A stretch of 64,000 nt of DNA from Minisyncoccota bacterium. GTDB lineage: Bacteria; Patescibacteriota; Minisyncoccia; Phycocordibacterales; Phycocordibacteraceae. Of the stretch, positions 46,590-56,455 are shown piece after piece. Numbering within the stretch: position 1 is the stretch's first letter; the number at the start of each line of letters is the position of its first letter. The translations under genes and the position numbers were made by a program. The DNA is taken from NCBI GenBank assembly GCA_018062765.1, contig JAGORR010000001.1, forward strand, positions 442,485 to 506,484, written 5' to 3'. The notes beneath the pieces were generated by a model. That model was given only the letters and a program-made list of their open reading frames with translations. It ran no database searches and was not told the origin of the DNA.

Positions 46590-47660
46590 ATGGAAGAACC
46601 GATGGTAGTCGAGGCAGCACGCGTGATGATTCCTCCGATCGTCTCGTTCCTCATTGGAATCGCAATCGCACCCATCCTCTCCCATTACCTCTACAAGTAC
46701 CGTGCGTGGAAGAAAGTAGCAGGGAAAGGGAAGGGTATGGGCGGCGGTGGGACACCGATATTCGACGAGCTCCATAAGGAGCGCGAAGTATCGACCCCGC
46801 GCATGGGCGGTATCCTCATCTGGGTTTCCGTGCTCGTAACCGCCTTCGGTATCTCTCTTTTCGATACGCTCTTTGGAGAGCCATTCCACACGCTTGGATT
46901 CGTCGCACGCAATCAAACCTGGCTGCCGCTGTTTGCCCTTACCGTAGGCGCCCTAGTGGGCCTTATCGATGACCTATTGGAAGTGACGAAGGGTGGGGGA
47001 GGGCTATCCATACGGATACGGCTCGCGGTCGTCGGGGCCATCGGGCTCGCCTGCGGGTGGTGGTTTTATGAGAAGCTCGATGTGTCATCGGTAGGCATCC
47101 CTCTCTCGCAACCGCTTGAACTTGGCATATTCTTCATCCCGTTCTTCGTCCTCGTCACGATGCTCGTGTATGCAAGCGGTATCATCGACGGCATCGATGG
47201 ACTCGCTGGCGGCGTCTTTGCCATCGTATTCATGGCGTATGCCGGTATCGCGTTTACGCAGGACCAAATTGCGCTCGCGGGATTTGCTGCTGCGACCGCC
47301 GGCGCCGTACTCGCGTTCCTCTGGTTCAATGTTCCCCCGGCGCGCTTCTATCTATCTGAGACCGGCAGTATGGCGCTCACTCTGGCCTTGACCCTCACCG
47401 CGTTTACTGCCGATACACTTGGCGAGGGCGTCGGCGTTTTCGTTCTCCCGATACTCGCGTTCCCGCTTGCAGCGACCGTGTTCTCGAACATCATTCAGGT
47501 GGGTTCGAAGAAGTTTCTTGGTCGAAAGGTATTTCGCGCTGCACCCGTCCACCACCATTTCGAGGCACTCGGTTGGCCGCCTTATAAGGTGACCATGCGC
47601 TACTGGATAATCACCATCATCGGTGGCGCATTCGGACTTACTTTGGCTCTGCTAAGCTAA
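46590..47660 (+). CDS. mraY: phospho-N-acetylmuramoyl-pentapeptide-transferase
   Basis: TPRMGGI and PVHHHFE motifs. Multi-TM. Confidence 0.9.
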   Translation: MEEPMVVEAARVMIPPIVSFLIGIAIAPILSHYLYKYRAWKKVAGKGKGMGGGGTPIFDELHKEREVSTPRMGGILIWVSVLVTAFGISLFDTLFGEPFHTLGFVARNQTWLPLFALTVGALVGLIDDLLEVTKGGGGLSIRIRLAVVGAIGLACGWWFYEKLDVSSVGIPLSQPLELGIFFIPFFVLVTMLVYASGIIDGIDGLAGGVFAIVFMAYAGIAFTQDQIALAGFAAATAGAVLAFLWFNVPPARFYLSETGSMALTLALTLTAFTADTLGEGVGVFVLPILAFPLAATVFSNIIQVGSKKFLGRKVFRAAPVHHHFEALGWPPYKVTMRYWIITIIGGAFGLTLALLS

Positions 47661-47664
47661 AGGG

Positions 47665-48246
47665 ATGAATCGCGACATTGTCCTAGCTTCTACATCGCCG
47701 CGGAGAAAGCAGCTTTTCGAGAAAGTTGGACTCCCGTTCACCTGTATGGAGAGCGGGTATGAGGAAGATATGTCCTTGCCGCTGGCTCCTGTGGAACTTG
47801 CGAAGCATCTTTCCAAAGGGAAGGCTGAGTCAGCTGCAAAAAAATGCTCTGACTCGCTCGTGATTGGCGCAGATACATTCATCATTCTGGATGATCACGT
47901 ACTTGGAAAGCCGCATACCCATGAGAAGGCACGAGAAACGCTACATGCGCTTTCAGGTCGAGCGCACAAAATAGTCACGGGCTTCACTATCATCGATACC
48001 CGGTCAGGTGAGTCCGTGTCCGACGCAGTAACGACGACGGTACATTTCAAGACACTGACTGATGCAGAGATAGATTCATATGTAGCAACCGGCGAGCCGC
48101 TCGATAAGGCAGGTTCCTACGCGATACAGGGAAAGGGGAGGGACCTGGTCGACCGTATCGAGGGTGATTTCGATAACGTCGTCGGCCTTCCGGTTGCATC
48201 TGTTAAAGCAGCTCTCATGCGACTTACCACTGCACACGAAATATGA
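47665..48246 (+). CDS. maf: Maf-like nucleoside triphosphate pyrophosphatase
   Basis: LASTSPRR, IGADT and the AGSYAIQG family motifs. Confidence 0.9.
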   Translation: MNRDIVLASTSPRRKQLFEKVGLPFTCMESGYEEDMSLPLAPVELAKHLSKGKAESAAKKCSDSLVIGADTFIILDDHVLGKPHTHEKARETLHALSGRAHKIVTGFTIIDTRSGESVSDAVTTTVHFKTLTDAEIDSYVATGEPLDKAGSYAIQGKGRDLVDRIEGDFDNVVGLPVASVKAALMRLTTAHEI

Positions 48247-49343
48247 AGCTCCTTGGTGACCGGATTTTCGTACTTCTTGTCGCGATACTGGTGACGGGGG
48301 GACTCGCTACCTTTTTCTCCGCATCTTTGGGGCTCCTTGCTCGCGAGGAAGGGTCACTCACCCGCATCGCCACCTCCCAGCTTCTCCTCGGACTCCTGCC
48401 GGGACTTGTGGCGCTTGTTGCCCTACGGTTTACCCCCTCCTCGACTATTGCGAAGGCAACGCTGCCGTTCTATCTGTTTGCGCTCGGACTTACTGCGCTC
48501 GTCTTCACTGGAGTGGGACTTGAGCTTAATGGGGCGCGCCGATGGCTCGACCTTGGATTTGCCACCGTGCAGCCGGGCGAAATACTGAAGCTCGCCACGA
48601 TACTCATGATGGGCGGATACCTCGCGTACGCCCGAAAGCGGCTCGACACCTTTAAAGGCGGGCTTCTGCCATTTCTCCTTATCGTCGGCGCCCCAGTCCT
48701 CATCCTTTTGGCGCAGCCCAACACCTCGACCGCGATTATTATCTCCATCACCTGTGCCGCGATGTATTTCATCGCGGGCGCCCCATGGCGAGACTTTGGC
48801 ATCCTTTTGCTCATAGCCATTATCGGCGCCACAGGTCTCGTTATGACCCGTCCATACCTTATGGACCGGGTGATGACCTTTTTCGACCCCTCTGCAAACG
48901 CTCTCTCTTCAGGTTTTCAGATACAGCAGTCCCTAATCGCCATAGGCTCGGGGGGCCTCACCGGCCGTGGGTTCGGGCAGAGCGTCGAGAAGTTTAACTA
49001 CCTCCCGGAGGCCGTGAATGACTCCGTGTTTGCCGTGTTTGCCGAGGAATTCGGCTTTATAGGCGCCATTGGGCTCATTCTCGTGTTCATCCTCTTTGCC
49101 TCCCGCGGCTTCCGGATAGCGTCTGAGGCCTCAAGCTCTGCTGGAGCCTTCATCGTGACCGGCATAACCCTCATGATTGTCCTCTCGGCCTTCCTTAACA
49201 TAGGAGCAATGCTTGCCGTCCTACCCCTAACCGGCCTGCCGCTCCCGTTTGTTTCTCACGGCGGTACGGCGCTTTTTGTGGCCCTCTCCTCGGTCGGAAT
49301 CATCCTCAATATCGCTGCCACACGGAAGAAAAAGGTCACCTAG
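48243..49343 (+). CDS. SEDS family peptidoglycan polymerase (RodA/FtsW)
   Basis: 10-TM profile with the conserved QPGEILKL loop. Confidence 0.85.
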   Translation: MKLLGDRIFVLLVAILVTGGLATFFSASLGLLAREEGSLTRIATSQLLLGLLPGLVALVALRFTPSSTIAKATLPFYLFALGLTALVFTGVGLELNGARRWLDLGFATVQPGEILKLATILMMGGYLAYARKRLDTFKGGLLPFLLIVGAPVLILLAQPNTSTAIIISITCAAMYFIAGAPWRDFGILLLIAIIGATGLVMTRPYLMDRVMTFFDPSANALSSGFQIQQSLIAIGSGGLTGRGFGQSVEKFNYLPEAVNDSVFAVFAEEFGFIGAIGLILVFILFASRGFRIASEASSSAGAFIVTGITLMIVLSAFLNIGAMLAVLPLTGLPLPFVSHGGTALFVALSSVGIILNIAATRKKKVT

Positions 49344-49573
49344 GACCCGCGGGCGAGGGGGAGGGGACAGACCGTCCTTTTCGGGGTCTAAATGACGCCA
49401 AAAGGGGCATTTTTTGTCTATATACGGGACAATAAGTTCATGAAACTGTCACTCACGAAGGCAAGCTCTTTGACGAGATCCTACTGGTCTGGTGTAGCAG
49501 AATATGGCTTATTTACAGGATATTCTGACGTTCTTACCCAACGCTTCGAGGGACTTGGCAATGGTAAAAAAGA

Positions 49574-49602
49574 TTGACACAGAAGCTTGACTGTGCTAGT
49601 AT
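49574..49602 (+). promoter_or_regulatory. near-consensus sigma70 promoter (TTGACA-17-TAGTAT)
   Basis: Hexamers and spacing read directly. The 5' UTR contains hairpin gacgggcaaccgtc before the ATG at 49635. Confidence 0.5.
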
Positions 49603-49634
49603 CTTATACACAAGACGGGCAACCGTCTTTTGTC

Positions 49635-50192
49635 ATGCCTACTATCATCACTTCAGCACTCGTTGCTGGATTTTTCGCTCTGTCGGGGACCAATGCGGTC
49701 TCGGCACCGGAGGCTCCAGAGATTAACGAGTTGCCTACATACACGGTTGCGATGACCTCGTACAACGCCGTTCCTGCGCAGACAGATTCCGATCCCTGGA
49801 CAACTGCATCAGGACTCCGTTCTAACCCCGAGATCATTGTTGCCCGCTCCCAGGACCTCGCTGACGAGCTGCCATTCGGCACCGTCATCGCCGTTACTCG
49901 CGCCGCGGAGGATACGCATAACTGCGGATTCTCGAAGGTCGAGGACCGTATCGGGTACCGAGTCGTCGGAGACGCGATGAATGCGCGCATGCGCAATAAG
50001 ATTGACCTTCTCCTCGACCACAACGATACCCTTACGGTCGGCGGCGTTGCCCGGAACCCTAGCCGCGTGCTCGGATACTGCGACCAGGTGAATGTTCAGG
50101 TTATCGGGTTCATGGACCTCAAGGAGGTTCCAACGACCCAGACCGAGCTCATCACCATGGTGGAGCAGTCCCGCATCGCCTCGGCTAGGTAA
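49635..50192 (+). CDS. 3D-domain (MltA/RlpA-like DPBB) cell-wall protein with signal peptide
   Basis: Signal peptide ...GTNAVSA. 3D-domain pattern TASG...VA...D...FG....V....G.....D.G. Confidence 0.7.
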   Translation: MPTIITSALVAGFFALSGTNAVSAPEAPEINELPTYTVAMTSYNAVPAQTDSDPWTTASGLRSNPEIIVARSQDLADELPFGTVIAVTRAAEDTHNCGFSKVEDRIGYRVVGDAMNARMRNKIDLLLDHNDTLTVGGVARNPSRVLGYCDQVNVQVIGFMDLKEVPTTQTELITMVEQSRIASAR

Positions 50193-50204
50193 TACTCCTA
50201 GTTG

Positions 50205-50247
50205 AAACAGAAACCGCCGGCCCCTTTAGGGTCGGCGGTTTCTGTTT
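50205..50247 (+). terminator. rho-independent terminator
   Basis: aaacagaaaccgccgg...cggcggtttctgttt long stem. Confidence 0.55.
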
Positions 50248-50302
50248 GCGAACACCCAGAATGCGCAGTAGGGTAGTCGAGGATAGTATGGGAGAACACG
50301 TT

Positions 50303-50899
50303 ATGAAGGTCATACTCTCGACGAGGAATCCGAGCAAGGCGCTTCAGATTCAGACCCTGTTTGAGGGTTCAGGAATCGAGGTGCTGACGCTCGCAGAAGC
50401 CGGCATGGAAGGCCAAGGCAACGAGACCGGCGACACGATTGAGGAGAATGCGCTCATCAAGGCACGATTCGCGCACGAGCACCCTGACCGCCCCAAGGGG
50501 CACTGGGTTATGTCGGATGACACCGGCCTCTACATCAAGGCGCTCGGAGACGAGCCCGGAGTGAATGCCGCCAACTGGTACTACGAGGGTGCGCCTGCGG
50601 AAGAGACGATGGCGTATTGCCTCACACGCATGAAGGATGTCTTCGACCGACGAGCGACGTTCCGCACGGTGGTGTCCCTTATAGGACCTAGCGGCAACGA
50701 CAGAAGGTTCTACGGCGAGGCGCACGGCGTCCTCCTCACGAAGCCTCGACGCGCGCCGCAACCGGGGATGCCGTACAGTCCTCTCTTCCAGCCCTTGGGC
50801 GAGTCGAAGACGTGGGCCGAGATGGATACCGAGTACGAAAACCGAATCTCGCATCGAGGGCGCGCGTTTGCCCAGGTGCGGGACTTCCTGAAGAAATAG
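50303..50899 (+). CDS. rdgB: non-canonical purine NTP pyrophosphatase (RdgB/HAM1)
   Basis: KVILSTRNPSK and SDDTGL motifs. Confidence 0.85.
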   Translation: MKVILSTRNPSKALQIQTLFEGSGIEVLTLAEAGMEGQGNETGDTIEENALIKARFAHEHPDRPKGHWVMSDDTGLYIKALGDEPGVNAANWYYEGAPAEETMAYCLTRMKDVFDRRATFRTVVSLIGPSGNDRRFYGEAHGVLLTKPRRAPQPGMPYSPLFQPLGESKTWAEMDTEYENRISHRGRAFAQVRDFLKK

Positions 50900-50910
50900 A
50901 GGAGGTAGCG

Positions 50911-51507
50911 ATGCTCTTACCGAACGAACTCAAGGTGTTCGAGGTATTCGAACGCATGGGCAAAGAAGCGAACACGGAGGAGTCTGATATCTGGGCCGAC
51001 GGGTTCACTAAGCCGCTCTTTCGAGGCCTCAGGCCCGAAGACGGGCTTATAGACATCGGATGCGGCCACGGAAGGCTCGTGCCGATACTGCCGGATCTCT
51101 GCATCCGCCGAGAGCAGTATCTTGGCATCGACTTTTCTCCGGAGCAGATCGCGCTCGCGCGTAGACTCTATCCGAAGCACCGTTTCGAGGTCAGGACCAT
51201 CTATGAACTCTCGACCAGCTATCCGGGACGCTTCGGCGGTTTCTGGTTAGGCGCTACGCTGATGCTCCTGCCTCGGGAACGCGTCCCTGAGGCGCTTCGC
51301 TCGATTCGCGGAGCACTCAAGCCCGGTGCGCGCGGGTTTATCTCGACGCCACTTGGAGACCATGACGGCGAGGTTGGCGATGGCATCACTATCGCACTCT
51401 ATGAAATCCATGAGATCAAGCAGATGTTCAGTGAAGCGATGCTCGAGCCCGACATAGTCTTCTCGCCGGACGACTTCATGATCCTCGGCAGCTTCACCGC
51501 CGCGTGA
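50911..51507 (+). CDS. class I SAM-dependent methyltransferase
   Basis: SD aggagg before the ATG. Motif I DIGCGHGRL. Confidence 0.75.
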   Translation: MLLPNELKVFEVFERMGKEANTEESDIWADGFTKPLFRGLRPEDGLIDIGCGHGRLVPILPDLCIRREQYLGIDFSPEQIALARRLYPKHRFEVRTIYELSTSYPGRFGGFWLGATLMLLPRERVPEALRSIRGALKPGARGFISTPLGDHDGEVGDGITIALYEIHEIKQMFSEAMLEPDIVFSPDDFMILGSFTAA

Positions 51508-51524
51508 CTTGCCACAAGTTATCC

Positions 51525-51558
51525 AGAGCCGCCTCCTTGTGGGGCGGCTCTTTCGTTT
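51525..51558 (+). terminator. rho-independent terminator
   Basis: agagccgcc-tccttgtgg-ggcggctct followed by ttcgttt. Confidence 0.55.
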
Positions 51559-51577
51559 ATGCTGAGCGCATACTGCC

Positions 51578-52693
51578 GTGACATCCTCCGCTCCGCCATT
51601 AGCGGGCGACCGGTCCGGGAAGGTCGTCGCGCTCGTTTCCGCGCTTATCGATGAGGCTGTGCGCGAACGCGCCTCGGACATTCACCTTGACCCCGTTCCT
51701 GAAGGACTACGGGTACGCATGCGCATCGACGGCATGCTTTCGGAACGACATATCCTGCCGCCTGATGTTCGGCTCGAATGCATTGCACGAATAAAGATAC
51801 TCGCCGCGATGCGCTCCGATGAGCATAACGCCGCGCAGGACGGACGGTTCCGGTACCGCGGTGAAGGAGGTGAACTCGATATCCGGGTTTCCGTCATGCC
51901 TACCTATCATGGCGAGAACGCGGTACTACGGCTGCTTGGGGGAAACGGAGAATTGCAGTCGCTTACCGAACTCGGATTTTCTGCGTCTGACGCGGAACTC
52001 TTTGGGAATGTGATGAAACGAACCTCCGGCCTCGTGCTCGCAACCGGCCCCACGGGTTCTGGGAAGACGACGACCCTGTATGCGCTCATGCGCCTCATAA
52101 ACGCGGACGTGTCGTCCGTCGTCACCATCGAAGACCCTATCGAGTATGCGATGCCTGGCGTACGACAAATCCCTGTCAGGGAACGGCAGGGGCTCACGTT
52201 CGGAACGGGACTCCGCTCCGTGCTGCGGCAGGACCCGGACACCATCATGGTGGGGGAGATACGCGACACAGAGACCGCAAAACTCGCAGTGAACGCGGCT
52301 TTGACCGGCCACCTCGTCCTATCGTCGCTTCACACCACCGACGCCGCTTCTGCCATACCGCGGCTTCTTGATATGGAAGCCGAGCCGTACTTGCTTGCCT
52401 CTACACTCTCACTTATCGTCGCGCAGCGGTTGGTTCGCCGCATATGCACCGCGTGCGCGGGTGCGGGATGCGAGCCGTGCCGAAAGAGCGGCTACCGCGG
52501 ACGGCTTTGCATATATGAGTCACTTTCAATAGATGACGCACTACGTGAGGCAATACTCGAGCGGAAGTCCGCAGGCGATATAAGGAAGCTCACTGAGAAG
52601 CACGGCCTCAAGACCATGCTCGTGGACGGTACCGAGAAGGCCGCGTTCGGCGCGACGACAATGGATGAAGTGCTTCGTACGCTGCATGAGTGA
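51578..52693 (+). CDS. type II/IV secretion ATPase, PilB/GspE family lacking the N1 domain (GTG start)
   Basis: Walker A GPTGSGKTTTLYA, Asp box EDPIEY, His box GHLVLSSLHT, and a C-terminal CxxC...CxxC tetracysteine typical of PilB/GspE. Confidence 0.8.
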   Translation: MTSSAPPLAGDRSGKVVALVSALIDEAVRERASDIHLDPVPEGLRVRMRIDGMLSERHILPPDVRLECIARIKILAAMRSDEHNAAQDGRFRYRGEGGELDIRVSVMPTYHGENAVLRLLGGNGELQSLTELGFSASDAELFGNVMKRTSGLVLATGPTGSGKTTTLYALMRLINADVSSVVTIEDPIEYAMPGVRQIPVRERQGLTFGTGLRSVLRQDPDTIMVGEIRDTETAKLAVNAALTGHLVLSSLHTTDAASAIPRLLDMEAEPYLLASTLSLIVAQRLVRRICTACAGAGCEPCRKSGYRGRLCIYESLSIDDALREAILERKSAGDIRKLTEKHGLKTMLVDGTEKAAFGATTMDEVLRTLHE

Positions 52694-53774
52694 CCTGATG
52701 CAAGACGTCCGTGCGTACCTTGTGCGTCCTCGTTGGAGCCGCAAGGAGGAGTCGCTCGCGGTAAAGCGAGTATCGCTGCTCATCAAGAGCGGCATGAGCA
52801 TTCCAGACGCAATTGGCGGTCTCGCCACGGAACGAAGAGGTCGTCTACGTAACGCTCTTAACGACATGCGGACCGACGTCGAAGGAGGTGCGCCCTTCTC
52901 CAGTGTCGTTGCGATTTACCCCGGCCTCTTTTCCGCGTTCTCCGCTGAAGTCATCCGAGTGGGTGAGGAGAGTGGTTCGCTCTCGGAAAATCTCGCGTAT
53001 CTTGCTCGCGAGCTTGAAAAGCAGGCCAGGCTGAGGTCGCGACTTGTCGGCGCGCTCATCTATCCCGTACTTCTTGCTCTGCTTACGATTGCTCTTTCGC
53101 TTGGTCTCATTCTATTTGTCTTTCCGAAAGTGCTGCCGTTGTTTGCTGGGCTCGGAGCATCGCTCCCACTTCCAACACGGATAATGCTCGCCATCGAGGC
53201 ATACCTAGCTGACTGGGGACTCGTCACAATCCTTGGCATCTCATGCCTTGGCATCGGTGCTTACGTATCGATCCGACACATCCCGCGAGTCAGAAAACTC
53301 ATCCTAAGAACAATTCTGTCGCTTCCGCTTATCGGGAGTATCGTACGAGCATATCGACTCTCGAGCGTTGCCCGGTGCCTTGGCATCATGCTCTCTGCGG
53401 GTGCGAGTCTGCCCGGCGCACTTCGCGCTGCGGGCACGGCGTCCGGACACGCACTCTACGAGGAGACGTTTGCTCATGTTGCGCATCATATTGAGGAGGG
53501 CACGGATATTCGGAGCGCGCTCTTGGATACTAACGGCATACTCGTACCGCCCCTAGCGCGCGACATGCTTGCAGCGGGAGAAGCGAGCGGGGCACTCCCT
53601 GAAGCTGCGTTCCACCTTGCCTCGTACTACGAAAACGAGTTCGACGAAGCCTCCGGAAGACTCTCGACCTTAGTAGAGCCTGTCCTCATGATTTTCATGG
53701 GGCTCGTCGTGGGATTCGTCGCGATAGCGATGATTCTACCCATATACGCCATTACCGACCACCTACATGGGTAG
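52686..53774 (+). CDS. pilC: type IV pilus assembly platform protein PilC/GspF family
   Basis: Two GspF repeats with conserved IYP..L...A...GE..G.L motifs. The ATG overlaps the pilB stop (ATGAGTGA). Confidence 0.85.
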   Translation: MSDLMQDVRAYLVRPRWSRKEESLAVKRVSLLIKSGMSIPDAIGGLATERRGRLRNALNDMRTDVEGGAPFSSVVAIYPGLFSAFSAEVIRVGEESGSLSENLAYLARELEKQARLRSRLVGALIYPVLLALLTIALSLGLILFVFPKVLPLFAGLGASLPLPTRIMLAIEAYLADWGLVTILGISCLGIGAYVSIRHIPRVRKLILRTILSLPLIGSIVRAYRLSSVARCLGIMLSAGASLPGALRAAGTASGHALYEETFAHVAHHIEEGTDIRSALLDTNGILVPPLARDMLAAGEASGALPEAAFHLASYYENEFDEASGRLSTLVEPVLMIFMGLVVGFVAIAMILPIYAITDHLHG

Positions 53775-53862
53775 GCTTAGCTTTAATCGCGAACTGCTTT
53801 GTTATGGAGCCTCCCAGCTTCCTCCATCGTATTCTCGATACGCTTCCGAAAGCCTCAGCTCC

Positions 53863-54312
53863 ATGCCTCGCATTTCATCGATTATCCCTAAGCCTTGCAC
53901 TCCATCAAACGGATTCACACTCATCGAGCTCTTGGTCACGCTCGCCCTGGTTGGTCTCATCGCTTCTGTTGGACTCTGGTGGAGCGCGAGCCTCGACCGG
54001 AACGGAACCCTTTCGGAAGAAACTGCTAAGCTCGCGCAAACGTTCGTGCGTGCGCGAACAGGCGCACTTACCGAAGGTATTCCGTACCACGTATGCATGA
54101 GTGACGACCGCACATACCAGCTACTTGGTGGCGTTGCTGACGAGTCTTTCGAGATACCAGACTCAGTGACTGTCGAGGGTATGCCGATGTGCCCGGACGC
54201 TCTTACATTTTCTGCGCTGTCTGCGACTACGACTCCTATGACAATCACAGTTACGGAGAACGGACAGGAGCGAACGATTGAAGTTAACTCCGAGGGGCGC
54301 ATCGCCCGATGA
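53863..54312 (+). CDS. type IV prepilin-like protein (pilin/pseudopilin)
   Basis: Class III signal ...SNG/FTLIELLVTLALVGLIA. Start could also be the in-frame ATG at 53767. Confidence 0.7.
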   Translation: MPRISSIIPKPCTPSNGFTLIELLVTLALVGLIASVGLWWSASLDRNGTLSEETAKLAQTFVRARTGALTEGIPYHVCMSDDRTYQLLGGVADESFEIPDSVTVEGMPMCPDALTFSALSATTTPMTITVTENGQERTIEVNSEGRIAR

Positions 54313-54349
54313 GGCTCACCTGGACATCTCCACAGCCACCAGGTTGTCG

Positions 54350-54365
54350 GTGAACTATGGTTCAC
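54350..54365 (+). promoter_or_regulatory. LexA operator of GAAC-N4-GTTC (Cheo-box) type overlapping the lexA promoter
   Basis: Perfect palindrome GTGAACTATGGTTCAC. A TATACT -10 hexamer lies 4 nt downstream, 15 nt before the lexA ATG. Confidence 0.55.
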
Positions 54366-54379
54366 CTATACTCATATAC

Positions 54380-54946
54380 ATGTACCAGGACCATAAAGGG
54401 AAGCTCCTTTCGTTCTACGCCAAGAAGCGCCGGATGCCCGGCTACAAGGAGATCATGGAGATGACGGGCTTCCGCTCCAAGAACGCGGTCTACAAGCTCA
54501 TCGAGCGACTCCGCGAGGAGGGCGTCATCTACAAGGACATCAACGGCCACATCGCGCCTGGCGCCTCTATGCGTGGCGCACGCTTGCTTGGCGTCATCGA
54601 AGCGGGGTTCCCATCACCGGCGGAGGAGGAGCTTCTGGACGTCATGGATTTCGACGACTACCTCGTCCCGAACAAAGAATCCGCGTACATCCTCAAGGTG
54701 AAGGGTGACTCGATGATAGAGGCTGGCATACAGGCCGGAGATATGGTCATTGTCGAGCGCAGACAGACCTATAAGCCAGGACAGATAGTCGTTGCATCCG
54801 TTGATGGGGAGTACACGATGAAGTACCTGCGAGGCTCCGTAGGGAAATATTTTCTTGAGCCCGCGAACGCGAAATATAAACCAATCTATCCAAAGGAAGC
54901 CTTGACCATCGAAGCAGTAGTCACCGCAGTCGTGCGCAAGTACTAA
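54380..54946 (+). CDS. lexA: LexA repressor (S24 peptidase with N-terminal HTH)
   Basis: wHTH GYKEIMEMTGFRSKNAVYKLIERL. Catalytic VKGDSM Ser and TMKYL Lys. Confidence 0.85.
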   Translation: MYQDHKGKLLSFYAKKRRMPGYKEIMEMTGFRSKNAVYKLIERLREEGVIYKDINGHIAPGASMRGARLLGVIEAGFPSPAEEELLDVMDFDDYLVPNKESAYILKVKGDSMIEAGIQAGDMVIVERRQTYKPGQIVVASVDGEYTMKYLRGSVGKYFLEPANAKYKPIYPKEALTIEAVVTAVVRKY

Positions 54947-55078
54947 GCATGCCTAAAAATCCCATCTACTTTGTTGCGGGTCCCACCTCTTCGCTCCGTC
55001 GTATTCCCGATACGCCTGCGCTCATCGGCTTCCCGCGTCGCGTAGCTGAAATTTTTATCCACGCTTCGTGGGAATAAT

Positions 55079-56383
55079 ATGGCGTGGGGAAGAATCTATG
55101 ACTATCCCCGCGCCATCCTTCACATAGACGGAGACTCCTTCTTCGCATCCTGCGAAATGGCAGTGAACCCGCTACTCAAAGGGAAGCCGGTCGTCACGGG
55201 CTCTGAGCGCGGCATCGCTTCCTCCATGAGCTATGAAGCCAAGCGTCAGGGCGTTTCGCGCGGGATGACGATTCCCGAGATAAGGAAAGCCTGTCCGGAC
55301 GCCATCATCCTGCCGTCTGACTACGAAACCTACAGCCTGTTCTCGAAGCGCATGTTCGAGATTGTCCGCCGCTACACGCCACAGGTTGAGGAATACAGTA
55401 TCGACGAGTGCTATGCGGATCTTACGGGCCTCCGCCGCCGTTTCCATAAATCATACGAGGCGATAGCAGAGGAGATACGCCTGACCCTTGAGAGGGAGCT
55501 CGGGATGACCTTTTCCGCAGGACTCGCGCCTACCAAGAGCCTTGCGAAAATAGGCTCGAAGCTGAAAAAACCTTCCGGCATCACCTACATCCGCGGCACG
55601 GAGATAGAGCACATCATGAAAAGCGTCGCCTTGGGTCGTGTGTGCGGCATCGGGCCGCAGACCCTGGCGTACCTGTCGCGTTTCAATATGAAAACCGTGT
55701 GGGACTTCGCAGGGAAGCGCGAGGAGTGGATTCGGGAACACATGGCGAAACCCCACATAGAGATTTGGCGAGAACTTAACGGCGAGCCCGTAGACGAGAT
55801 AGTCACAGAGGAGAAACACGACTATCAGAGCATCAGTAAGACAAAGACCTTCACCCCGCCGTCGCGTGATAGGGAGTTCGTCTTTTCGCAGCTCTCACGC
55901 AACATCGAGAACGCATGCATAAAGCTCCGGCGTCACAGCCTCTCGGCGCGCTCGTTCTCGTTCTTCATTAAGGACCAGTCATTCCACTATCGCGGGTTTG
56001 AGGTGGAGATGTCCTCCGCAACCTCGGTACCACAGGAGGTGATACGCCTCTCGCGCGAACCCTTTATGCGCGTATGGAAGCCGGGGCAGTATCGAGCGAC
56101 CGGTATCACGTTCACCCACCTTACGGGAGACCGTAACTTCCAACCGGACCTGTTTGGCGCATCGGTCGAGGCGAAGAAGCTTACGGAAGTGTTCAAACAG
56201 GTGGATGTGGTTGAGGCGAAATTCGGGAAGCACACGGTATTTCTAGGCTCCTCGATGAAAGCAATGCAAGCTAGGCAGCATGAGAGTGATAGGGGAGCGC
56301 CCGCTTTCCGCAAGCAGAATCTCTTTAAAGGCGAAACAAAGCGTCAGCGCCTCAACATCCCGATGCTGGGGGAGGTGGGGTAG
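55079..56383 (+). CDS. Y-family translesion DNA polymerase (UmuC-like)
   Basis: ILHIDGDSFFASCE catalytic N-terminus, SIDECYADLTG, and a little-finger domain. At 434 aa and with DSFFASCE it is closer to UmuC than DinB. Confidence 0.85.
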   Translation: MAWGRIYDYPRAILHIDGDSFFASCEMAVNPLLKGKPVVTGSERGIASSMSYEAKRQGVSRGMTIPEIRKACPDAIILPSDYETYSLFSKRMFEIVRRYTPQVEEYSIDECYADLTGLRRRFHKSYEAIAEEIRLTLERELGMTFSAGLAPTKSLAKIGSKLKKPSGITYIRGTEIEHIMKSVALGRVCGIGPQTLAYLSRFNMKTVWDFAGKREEWIREHMAKPHIEIWRELNGEPVDEIVTEEKHDYQSISKTKTFTPPSRDREFVFSQLSRNIENACIKLRRHSLSARSFSFFIKDQSFHYRGFEVEMSSATSVPQEVIRLSREPFMRVWKPGQYRATGITFTHLTGDRNFQPDLFGASVEAKKLTEVFKQVDVVEAKFGKHTVFLGSSMKAMQARQHESDRGAPAFRKQNLFKGETKRQRLNIPMLGEVG

Positions 56384-56455
56384 GAACGTGGGTCGCTATT
56401 GACATTTCTGCATAAAGTACTATCATACATACGGCTCAAAAGGGAGGCCCTTTAT

